Source of the DNA: Eledone cirrhosa
Taxonomy: Eukaryota
Assembly: GCA_964016885.1 (NCBI GenBank)
Contig: OZ024742.1
Span: forward strand, 276,892,001-276,956,000
Reading direction: 5' to 3'
Length of the DNA: 64,000 nt
Below, in pieces: positions 26,290 to 37,923 of the stretch. Position 1 is the first letter of the stretch, and every line of letters starts with the position of its first letter. A program made the translations under genes and the position numbers. The notes under the pieces are model-generated. The model was given only the letters and a program-made list of their open reading frames with translations. It did not search any database and was not told the DNA's origin.

Positions 26290-27770
26290 TAGTTGTCAGT
26301 GACTTTAGAGTAAGTGACCAAGAGACAAAGGCCAGTCTGGAGAAGGAAGACAAGGAAACTGAGAGAACCCTCTGTTGGTAACAAATTCAGAGAAGTATGA
26401 TATTATGGAAGAGGAGCTTGGGATATACAGCATAGTGAAAAATTTGGAATGTCTATGAGACAACCTGCTGGAAGCCATGCACCACAATAGCAGCTGGAGC
26501 AAGGTCTCACTAAGACGGAGGGTGGCATGGTGGTGGAAAAAAAAGACAAGCCTGGAGAGACTGAAAGGAATACCAGATAGCTAAAAGAGAGGTCAGGTGG
26601 CAAGTATATCTAGCAAGGGGACAGACAGAAAAGAAGAAGTTTGCACATGTTCTGTATAGTGAAGGTCAGAGGTATGAAGTGTTTCAGATTCGTGATGTGG
26701 CTGGGGAAAAGCGTGCCAGAAAAGATAGTGGAGCACTTGCTCTGTCCGATGTTGAAAACAAAGAAGTATGGAAGACTTACTATGAGAGACTGCAGAACAA
26801 GGAAAATAAATGGGACAGTGAGAGCCTACCCATGCAGACCCTACTGAAGGACCAGTCATAAAAGTTGACAGCAGTTTGATAGATAAAGAAATTGAGAAAA
26901 TGAAGGTAGGGAAGGCAGCTGAACCATCTGATGTAGTTGCTGAGATGCTAGAAGCATCTGGCAATGATTTGTGCAGTAGCATTAATTGGCAGTATCGGTA
27001 GAGGGTCGGACGCCATGCTTTGACGCATAGAGTTACAGCCCTTGCCATTCTGAGTTCAAATCCCGCCGAGGTTAACTTTGCCTTTCATCCTTACGGGGTC
27101 GATAAAATAAACTACCACTAATACACTGGGATGATTGCTGGCCTTGTGCCAAAGTAGAAACAATTATTATAAATTGCTACAAGGGCAAGGAAGAAACATT
27201 AGAGAGAAGTAACTACAGAGGCATCAAGTTGATGAACCAGATCATGAAAGTTACTGAAAGGGTTATAGCACAACTAATTAGGGAAAGAATCAAGTTAGAT
27301 GAGATGCAGTTTAGATTTATGCCCTATTTCTGGTGAGATAAGAGAGGTATTTATCTAAGTTTAAGCCACTGTATCTAGCATTTGTAGATCTGGCTTGTGC
27401 GGGCCAGGGAGGCCGTGTATAAAGGAGCAGCAAGCAAAGTGAGAGTTGGCAATGAGTAGACCGATATATCTGAAGTGCAGGTGGGGGTCCACCAGTACTC
27501 TGTCCTCAGTACATTCTATTTATCATTGCCCTTCAGGCCTCCAATGAGGAGTTTTAAACTGGCACTCCAAAGGAGCTCCTTTATGCTGATGATCTAGTCT
27601 TCATAGCTAAATCCATAGGAGAGATAGAGGCAAAATTTCAAGTATGGAAGAAGAAACTAGAGTTAAAAGGCCTAAAAGTAAACTAAGTAAGAAAGAGGAC
27701 AAGAGGGTGATATTATCAGGGAAGTGGCCTTGTTCGATATGTCAGAAAGGGGTGGACAGAAATTCCTAAA
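26290..27770 (+). mobile_element. Degenerate RTE LINE interrupted by a SINE at 26985-27170
   Basis: Recognisable WKTYYERL, NYRGIKL, QF.F, GVHQ.SVLS, ELLYADDL and KWPC; many stops. Confidence 0.8.
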
Positions 27771-29439
27771 AAGGGTTGAGAGAACCCTTCAGTTGTCATG
27801 GTGTGTTAACCTCCCTAGTGTTGGTGATCTACACGATAAATGCACCCAGTACATGCTATAAAGAGGTTGTTGATAGGAATAGCATCCAGCCATAGAAAGC
27901 TTGTCAAGAAAACGGTTGGGAGGACCCTTCTCTTGTGTCAAAGGCATGACAATCTCTCCTCTGCACGAGATGCAGACCCCTCTCCCAACCTGTCTTGGGG
28001 GTCAGCAGCCTCGTTTCAGTATAAACTTGGTCTTTGTAGACCCATCCAACCCTTAATAGTATAGAAAGTGGATGTTCAATTATGATGATGATGGTAACTT
28101 TTGTTTATACAGATATAAACAAAAATCATATAACAAAATAAATATAAGGAAACATTTATCTAACAGTGTTTTGTTTTTTTTCAAAAGTTACTACAACACA
28201 TAATTACTAGATCCTACATTCAATACTGTCCAAACTTTCTTTCGTAGGATTGCAACTGTATGGGATTGCTGAAAATCCAAGACTTTATGGCCTAAAACAA
28301 ATAACAGAATGAGCTGTTCATTTTGGTGTCTGCACATGCTCTAAAGTTCATGTAATGCACATGCTCTAAAGTTTATTGATTTCTCAAATTTTTGGGGAGG
28401 AGGAGCATAGTCAATTATGGCATCATATTGGCAAAGTTGCGAGAATGTTAAATCAAATGCTTTGCTGTATTTGTTCCAGCTCTCTGCACTCTTAGAGTTC
28501 AAAACCTGCCGAGATCAACTTCGCCCTTTATCCTTTCAAGGTAAAAAAAAAGTATGAGTCAATTTTACATATATATTATCACCTCCTGTTCATCTTCTTC
28601 TCCTTCAGTGCTCCTAAGACTCCATCAGGAGTTACAGGTCCATGCATACATACATAGTTCATTATATCAACTTCAGTACTTGACTGATACTTTTGATAAA
28701 TTTCAATAAAATAAAGTAACAGATATACAGTCGACTGCTTATTTCTGTTTCTTTTCTATTTCTAGATTCTAAGATTGTTTCAGCAACACAATTATTAGGC
28801 AAATGAGAAAGTAATGTAAGGAAGGGGTGGGGATAACTTGCACCTGAACAATGATATCAACAACTGAGTGTTGGACTATATAGATAGAAAAAGGAAGGTG
28901 GTTGTAGGTCGAAGTGAACCAAGAAAATCACATAAAAAGAGGGTAGTAAAATTTATGTGGGTTGGTTTGTGTTTATGCATGCATGCATACAATAGAAAAT
29001 ATGTAAAATGATAACCAGCTACACCTAAAAAAATTCTATCTTACTGCTTGCTATTGGAATATAAAAAGTAGAGAAAAAAAATTAATAATTACATTTCTAT
29101 TTAGCTGTTAAAAACTTGTGTACATGAGTGGGGACATGGATAGTTATAGCATACTATTTCTAAGATAACCAATTTGAATGAAGAGAAATGAAATGTTTCA
29201 CCTGGAAATTGAAACTGTACTAGACATAAAATATGCAGAAGAAAAATCAATGAAATAGACACAGAGGAATTACCAAATTATAAAAGAAATGCTAAAATAT
29301 TTATTTTAGATCTCTGTTCATATAAATATTAAAGCAATCATTAAAGATGGAATTAGTAAACTTGTGATGTAGTGTGTTCGGTTTGGGTTCTTATCCCACA
29401 GTGTGTCACCTTGGGCAAGTGTTACCAACAGTCTCAGCC

Positions 29440-30040
29440 TACACTGGATACAATGCATGGACTTCTTACCTATCCCTTTTCAACATATTGAACACAGCAA
29501 TTTCCCTGATGGTAGCAGTCTTATCCTCTTTTCTGCTTACTATAACTTTTGTCTTTGTTAGGGTTACTTTGAGGTCTTTTGATTCAAGATTTTGCTTCCA
29601 AATCTAGAACTTGTTCTAGGTCTTCTATCATTTCAGCTATGAAAGCCAGATTGTCAGCATAAAAGAACTTTCATGGACAACCAGTTTTGAATACCTTTGT
29701 TATGGCCTGAAGGACTATAATAAACAGCAGTGGGTTGAGGACAGACTATTGGTGGACACTTATATGCATACTAAATTCATCACTGTACTCATTAACCCTC
29801 ATCTTGCTGATTGCACCTCTCCACATGGTTTGTACAGCCCTAACAAGCCATTCATCTATCTCTAGCTTCATGGGTACCCCCTAAATTACAGAGCATGGGA
29901 TCATGTCAAAGGCTTTCTCCAGGTCAACAAATGTTAAGTCTAGGGTTTTATTCTTCACTAAGTACTTCTGCAATTGTTTCACTATAGCATCATTAATGCT
30001 TCTTCATGGCATAATGCCAAAATGCATCTCATCAAGATAT
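29440..30040 (-). mobile_element. Degenerate RTE RT fragment
   Basis: Minus strand gives FVDLEKAFD, VHQ.SVL.PLLF and YADN-like motifs. Confidence 0.7.
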
Positions 30041-30089
30041 ATAAGAGAGATTTGGATGTGTCTGGGGGTGGAGTGGGGGGGGGGGGGGT

Positions 30090-30390
30090 TAATGTGTGTG
30101 GGAGTGAAGGAGTGTTGATAAAGATTTAAAGGAATTAAAGCATACACACACATATACATATATACACAGAAAATGGTGAAGGTTGACAGCAAGATAAGAG
30201 TGTTTAAGAAAGGGGCTGTAAAAGTCCCCTCCTGCTAGTTCCATTTCAATAAATGACCTTTGATGAATATAATGGCAGGATGTTTTTCAAATTTGTTTCT
30301 TATATATTCTGTGTATATATGTATATGTGTGTGTGTCTGCTTTAATTCCTTTAAATCTTCATCAACACTCCTTCACTCCCACACGCATTA
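30090..30390. repeat. Inverted repeat with ~82-bp arms and ~135-bp spacer
   Basis: 30090-30171 is nearly the reverse complement of 30307-30390. Confidence 0.85.
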
Positions 30391-30480
30391 CTAGATCTAC
30401 CAACTCATAATATTATAATATCATAAAATTAAATCAAATTATTTAGAACTACAAGCGAAGTCATTCTTTTCCTTTTTTTT

Positions 30481-30510
<30 letters not shown>

Positions 30511-30516
<6 letters not shown>

Positions 30517-30903
30517 ATTAAATAAATGGAAAACTATATTTATAAAACCATATCTATTTCATTATATATATTTCGGGGATATCATATTAACAATATGCTA
30601 TGCCTTCATCAGACAAAATACAATATAAACAGTTTTATAGATAAATATATTCGACATACCGTAATAAACATCAACTTCATTTGAAGAGGTTTACTCTAGC
30701 AGTAAACTTTACTGCTAGAGTAAACCTCTTCAAATGAAGTTGATGTTTATTACGGTATGTCGAATATATTTATCTATAAAACTGTTTATATTGTATTTTG
30801 TCTGATGAAGGCATAGCATATTGTTAATATGATATCCCCGAAATATATATAATGAAATAGATATGGTTTTATAAATATAGTTTTCCATTTATTTAATATT
30901 GTA
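30511..30903. repeat. Perfect palindrome (196-bp arms, 1-nt spacer at 30707), probably inverted Penelope-type pLTRs
   Basis: The arms read as exact reverse complements by eye; flanked by (TA)n; contains hammerhead motifs. Confidence 0.92.
30794..30859 (+). ncRNA. Minimal type-I hammerhead ribozyme motif (mirror copy at 30555-30620, minus)
   Basis: Stem I UAUUUUGU/AUGAAAUA; core CUGAUGA...GAAA; 14-bp stem II with 3 mismatches; short palindromic stem III AUAUAUAU; AUA cleavage triplet. Confidence 0.65.
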
Positions 30904-30987
30904 AATATACTCCAAATATTTGTCGAGTGCTTTTATATCAGTTATAAATATTTACTAGTTGTAACCCAACAATTTTAAATATAACTT

Positions 30988-30990
<3 letters not shown>

Positions 30991-31032
<42 letters not shown>

Positions 31033-31582
31033 ATATATATATATACATATACATACATATATACATACATATATATATATATACATGTATATATATATAT
31101 ACATATACATATATATACATACATATATATATATATACATACATATATATATATATATACATACATATATATATATATACATACATATATATATATATAC
31201 ATACATATATATATATATATACATACATATATATATATATATACATACATATATATATATATATACATACATATATATATATATACATACATATATATAT
31301 ATACATACATACATATATATATACATACATATATATATATATACATACATACATATATATATACATACATACATATATATATACATACATATATATATAT
31401 ATACATACATACATATATATATACATACATACATATATATATATATATACATACATATATATATATATACATACATATATATATATACATACATATATAT
31501 ATATACATATATATATATACATACATATATATATATACATACATATATATATATATACATACATATACATACATACATATAC

Positions 31583-31658
<76 letters not shown>

Positions 31659-31678
31659 ATATATACATATATATATAC

Positions 31679-31713
<35 letters not shown>

Positions 31714-31815
31714 CATATATATATACATATATATATACATACATATATATACATATATATATACATACATATATATATATACATATATATACATATATAT
31801 ATATACATATATATA
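30991..31815. repeat. ~825-bp (TA)n/(TACA)n compound microsatellite
   Basis: Direct observation; source of the YI-repeat ORFs. Confidence 0.98.
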
Positions 31816-33070
31816 CAGCGTGGGGCCTAAGTTCGGAAGCAAATTTTTGAAATTTATTTCTAAACGTGTTGTAAGTATATCATTAATCTTCTTTTATTAT
31901 TATGTTAAACCATTAGTCTATGTAAACATATTGGATTTTGTTTGAATTTCTTAAAGAATTTGAAAATGTCATCCAATAGAGAAATGATACTCCAACTTTA
32001 TCATACAGGGGAGTCAGAATTGGATATTGCAAGGTTACTTTTGATTGCTAGATCTACTGTTTGGAAAGCTGTGAAGTGTTTTAAAGAGCAAGGAGATTTG
32101 TCAGATAGACCCAGAAGTGAAGACCTCAAACTAAATGGATACCTACTCTGATTAAAGCCATTCAAGAAAGGATAAGAAGAAATCCGAAAAGGTCTATGAG
32201 AAAAATGCCAAAAAAGGTCCGAGTAAGCTCTAGGACAATGAGAAGGATCATCAATGATGACTTAGGCATGTCTTCCTTTACCCTTCAGAAGAGACAACCC
32301 CTTTCTGAAAAGACAAAACCAAAAAGCTAGAGAGAAGCAAGAATTTGTTTAAAGAAATGGAACGTGGCATGGCAGGGGAAATTGTCTGGTCAGATGAAAT
32401 GATTTTCACAGTTGAACACAACCGAAGAAATGATCGAGTCATTGGAATAAAAACCTTCAGCAATCAGTGTTGACCCAAAATCTGTGTTCCATACAATAAA
32501 CCCAGCTTCTGTTATGGTCTGAGGGGCTGTTTCATCATCTTGGAAGTCTCCTCTCATTTTTAAGGAAGAAAGGACAAAAATCAGCTCCCAAATTTACATA
32601 AACGGTATTCTGAAGCCTATGCTTGCTTCTGCAACTAATCATTTTGGCAATGGTTATCTGTGGACCTTCCAACAGGATGGATTCACTTCCCCTACAGCAA
32701 ATGTCACACAAGCTTGGTACAGAGACCATGTTCTGAAGTTCTGGTCAAAAGAAATGTGGTCTCCTTGTTCACCTGATTTGAACCCTATGGACTTTTCAGT
32801 ATGATCTATTCTCGAAGAAAAGCCCGTTCAAAAGTCTATAAGACAGTCGATGATTTAAAGGCATCTTAAATGAGTGCCTGGAAAAAAATATTGCTTGCTT
32901 CAGTCAAAGATGTTTGACGAAGGTTAGAGGCTGTTATTGCTACAGGAGGGGTCATTTTGAATAAACTCTATACATTATATTCTAAAGATATTTATGTATC
33001 TGATCAATAAAGTTAGTAGTCTTGCTATTAAAAGCATTTTTATTTGCTTCCAAACTTATGCCCCACCTGG
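31816..33070 (+). mobile_element. Tc1/mariner superfamily DNA transposon, DD37D (maT) type, defective transposase (~31966-32963)
   Basis: TA flanks; ~29-bp TIRs cag(c)gtggggc(c/a)taagtt(c/t)ggaagcaaat; HTH N-terminus; WSDE; FQQD-x37-D (SPDLNPMDF); GHFE end; frameshifts and stops. Confidence 0.9.
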
Positions 33071-33181
33071 TATATATGTATTTTTTTCTCCAAAATGGCT
33101 GACTGAATAGGGTCATGTGTTTTTTTCCTCATTCCTTCCTCTTCTCCTTCTTTTCTTCCGATTTATCTTCTATTTCTAACT

Positions 33182-33218
33182 ATCTTCTGATGAAGGGCTA
33201 GTGTCCGAAACATTGAGA
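33182..33218 (+). ncRNA. Degenerate minimal hammerhead motif in a probable Penelope pLTR relic (~33100-33300)
   Basis: tctt-CTGATGA-a-gggc-tagt-gtcc-GAAA-catt-gaga; stem III is broken, probably by CpG decay. Confidence 0.5.
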
Positions 33219-36200
33219 CTCTTTTCCTGCTATTTTGAGCATTAAACTAATATATATCTTCAATGTGCTGTGTCATTTGCTTTATTATTTCTGTTTACCC
33301 TTTTCACACACACTGTGCAAACTGCATGCACCATATATATACACACACGCACATATATATATGGTGCATGCAGTTTGCATGGCACCACAGACTGCAGTGG
33401 CCATTGATGTATGAAGTCACACTAAAACGTGTTGAGACCACTGAGCAGAAATGCAATATCTATATTCACAAGTGGTTAGGATTATCACAAATATTTGCAT
33501 GTGCTGCTCTGTACAAGAATGGTAGTCCATTAGAATTACTAATCCAGTCAATAATCAAGCAGTACAAGTGTGGTAAAGTTCAGACTGTGCTGATGCTGTG
33601 CTATTCAAATGACCAAATCAACTGTTCCTCCTCACCAGGGCTTATGACTGGAAAAAATGGATGGCATAGGAGGTGACGGAGTACTTTGTGGCTTCTCTAG
33701 GATATGAAGATATAGTAGGTCCTGCACAGAGCACTTAACATTTTTGAATAGCTGCATCTTCAGCAAATTTTATTTATAACATTGGTAGCAGTATGCAAAG
33801 TTGACTTTAATTAGAATCCTTCAATCAGTGATAGAATTAAAATTCTACTTTCTATGGCTTGCATTAAATCAGTTCTGTTCTAGAGTAGTAAGGTCTGGAA
33901 AATAACAGAAACACTAGCAAAAGGGATAAATGATACTATCAGTGTGTGATAGTTACATGAAACCATAGTATGGAGCTTACATCTATCATGACCTCTCTGC
34001 CATGTTTTAGCAATTCAGTTGGATGTTAACTCCTCTTTCTCAGTGAACTCACTTTAGCTCGCACTTCTTGCATTATTAGGGTGGTGGTTACGTACGGCCA
34101 TTTACATTCTGAGTTCAAATCCCACTGAGGTTAGCTTTGACTTTCATCCTTACATGGTCTATAAAATAAAGCATTGGGGGTCGATTTAATCAACTTTCCC
34201 CTCCCCACAAAAATTGCTGGCCTTGTGCCTATAATTTGGCAGCTAAAAGACAACTTACAATGTTTGAAACTATGTCAGCAAAAGTAGATTTAAAAATCAA
34301 TAAATCAAGCACCAAAGTAATGCTTGTTGGTGGTGACCTGAAACCACACAATCTTTTACTGTCTCAGGAGCTCAGTCTGAACTACGCAATCTTTTATTCT
34401 CAGGAACTCATTCTAAACTACACAGTCATATATTGTCTGAGGAGCTCAACCTAAACTATCATCACCATTTAACATCCATCTTCCATGCCTGAATGGATTA
34501 AATGAGTTGTCATGTTATGAGGGGCTAACCAGCTCAGGTGACCATGTCTGCTCATAACAGATGTTTTTGATTTGGTTTTCTACAGCTAAAACCACTCACA
34601 TTACAGTATGTAGTGGGAGCTTTTCTCGTGGAACCACCACTACTACTTTACAGGGTGGTCTAGGTGCTTTTTTGTTTTGGTATCAGCATGATCCCTTTAC
34701 AGAGTGGATTGAATGCTTTTTTGTCATGGCACCAGTACAACCTCCATACAATCATATATTGTCTCAAGCACTCAGCTTTCTGTTGTCATAGATTTATGTT
34801 ATTTTGAATGTTTCATGACAGGCAGTAAAAATGATTTTGAACAAAAATCTTCAATGGCACTAACTTTTCTAGCTTGTTGTTTTCCATTTTATATAATATG
34901 GGACTATAGTCAAGTAGTTCAGAAACTCACTTCACAATTGTGAAATTTGATCTTACTGTGCAGCAGTTTGTGCAAATGTTTCCTACAATTCTACAACCTT
35001 GTGTCAATCAAAACCATATGAGAGAAATTGAGTAGATGGAAACTGGATGACAACCTATCCAATGGACTATATCTGTGATTCAAATGCCTGTCACAGAAGA
35101 ATACAAGTGAATGTGGGACACCCAACCACTTAAACTACAACTCAATGAAAAGAGAGACAGTTTGGTTGGTTGAATAATTTAACCATAAACATATCAGTAT
35201 GAAAAATGTAAAATAATGTTTCATTTACATAAATTATCAAAAGTAATCTTTTGATAATTTGCAGCTTGCAGTAATTAGAGAAAGAAGAAAACAAAGGGGG
35301 GGGGGGGGGGGGGGAGAAAACAGGGGGGGGGGGGAGAAGACATACCCACTCAATTACACACCATAATCTGGGGTGCTAGAGTTTCTCTTCTAATAATGCA
35401 AAGGGTGGTAGTGAGGCGAGAGCACTGGAATAACGAAGCACCATCGCAAAAAATTGTATATATAGAATTAGACATATAGACAAACATACAACTTTATATA
35501 TTTTGTACTCACTGACATACAGAATTGATAATGTAATTAGATTTGAATAGAGACAGAATGAAAATGGTGAAATACTTCCTCCCTGTAAGTATTCTATAGA
35601 CCAAATTCAAAGAAAAAAATTGTCTGTGACAATAAATACAATTAATCCTATACATAAAAAAATTGTTTATCAGACTTGAAAACATTTTTTGCCGAAAAAA
35701 ACATATTATTGAAACTATTTTTAGTCATTACTCAGCAATATGTAGAATATGGATTGTGTGTGTTTTTTTTTTATATTTATACTAAGTGTATATATATTTA
35801 TTTGAAACGTAGGAGTTCAGCAAAGGAAAGTTTTCTTTGCCCGATTTGAAGACCAACTCCTTTCCTTTTGCTATTTATTGCCATTTTAATTCAAAAATAC
35901 AGACTCGGGGATGCAGCATTGGGAGGTAAATAAGAAGCTTTAATTTGAAACTATATTACGTATACGTTGTAATATAAGCAATGTGTCTTTTGTAATTTGA
36001 TGACAGATAATAGATACACATACACACGAATATTCAGCCGTAAAACGGAAGTAAAGAAAAAGTACTTGTGCCCCACGCACACTATTACTGACACACTTTT
36101 TATTTCAAGTTATTACGTAAGTTAGGGGAAACTCCCAGCACACTGAAAAACAAAGAGAATTAAACTGTATGGTCCGTGTGCAAGACATTTAACGACGTAT

Positions 36201-37923
36201 CTAAATAAATATTATTACTACATAATTTTAGCGATACTTTTATATTTGTATTATATTGTTTCAATCGACATTTTCCTTTATTATTTTTTACATAATCGAC
36301 GGCGGTATGTTCGCAAAGTCATTAGTGTATTCGTTCAAATTCCACCGAGGTCAACTTTGCCTTTCACCCTTCCGATGTCGATAAAATAGTATCAAGTCGA
36401 TATCTTCGACATTGTATCTAAATTAGAGAGTTCAAATTCCACCGAGGTCAACTTTGTCTTTCACTCTTCCGATGTCGATATAATAGTATCATTTAAGTTG
36501 ATATCTTCGACTTTCCCTTTCCCCAAATTGCTGGCGTTGTATCTAAATTAGAAACCATTATTTTTTATATTATCTGTTTTATTTTCACACAATCCAATTT
36601 CTGCGCTTTTGTTTATTCTTTTCATCTTGGAAATGCCAACACCCAGATGACCTTGAGGAGAAACGAAAGAAAAAATCCCACATTATTTATACCGTTGGAT
36701 AAAATGCTTAATGTAATTTGCTTCCAACTCATTATTTAAGCGGGTCATGGTGTTCAAAGTAAGACTTAAATATGAAGTATGATTTAATAAACTTCGACAG
36801 GTGGTGCTATTAAGTTAGACATTGCCTGAGCCAATACTGCTTGAAATCTATAAAAGGTTTATACACACACACACAAACGCATGTGTATCTGTGCATATAT
36901 CAACCCAACCTATGAAAGCTAGATACGCTCGACATCTGGCCTTCCACAATGCTGTGCCATGACAAAAAGCACGAAGTTCACCCTGTAAGCTTATCTATCA
37001 CTACAACAACAAAATCACCCAGTCCGCCCTGTAAGGTGATCCTGCTAGTGACATGAGAAAAAGCACCCAGTCCACTTGTAATATAGTTGATGTTAGAAAA
37101 GGCATCCAGCCGTAGAAAAGAAGCTAAAATACAGATCCATATCAACAACAACAAGATGTGGTCCCTGGACGACCGGACTAGTGTCATAACATGACAACCC
37201 ATATAACCCTTGCAAGCGTGGAAAATGGATGTTAAACGATGATGATGATATATAGGGGGGGGGGGGGAAGATACATACATATATCTCCCCCCCCCCCTCC
37301 CTTTTTTGGGAATTCATATTCTAAAGACATAGCCACGTAGGCTTCTTTTGAAACTATCACACAATAGACGTCACACTGCCTGGTCTGTCATACTCTATTC
37401 TCCCTTCTTACCTTTTCCACACCTCAGTGTCATTCTTCTTTGTCTGCATGTTAAACTACACTCCATATTATTATTTTCCGTTTTTCTTTCTCTCCTTTCT
37501 ATATTTTTTCTACCTTTGACTAAGCCTTCAAGCATCTTTCTTTCCCTTCTTTGTCAGTTGATGAACTCGAAATACTTTTTCATCTATATTTGTGTAATTA
37601 ACTGTCTTTGTCTCTATCTGTTTTGTTATGCCCAAATGTGTACTGGAGTGAATGGTATCAACCATAATGTACCGAAACCATAATGATTTCCAGAAGTTGG
37701 GACTGTCTCTTTTTCTGTTGTTTATTTTTTTTTTATTGTCTTTGTCCTGTGTGCTCCCCTATTTTGAATATATATATAAATAGTGAGTTCGATTCCTGGA
37801 CCGGGCGATGCGTTATGTCCTTGAGTAAGACACTTTATTTCACGTTGCTCCTTCTACCTGGAAAGACTAATGGAAAAATTGTATCCTCTGTCCGATTTGA
37901 CGAACGTTAATCAACTGTATATA

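Noticed and set aside
30938-31945. Long YI/YM-repeat ORFs (also at 18400-18860 and 54800-55300)
   Set aside because: Translations of microsatellites.
35190-35500. Possible Helitron/HINE-like element with poly-G runs
   Set aside because: Termini and hairpin could not be defined.
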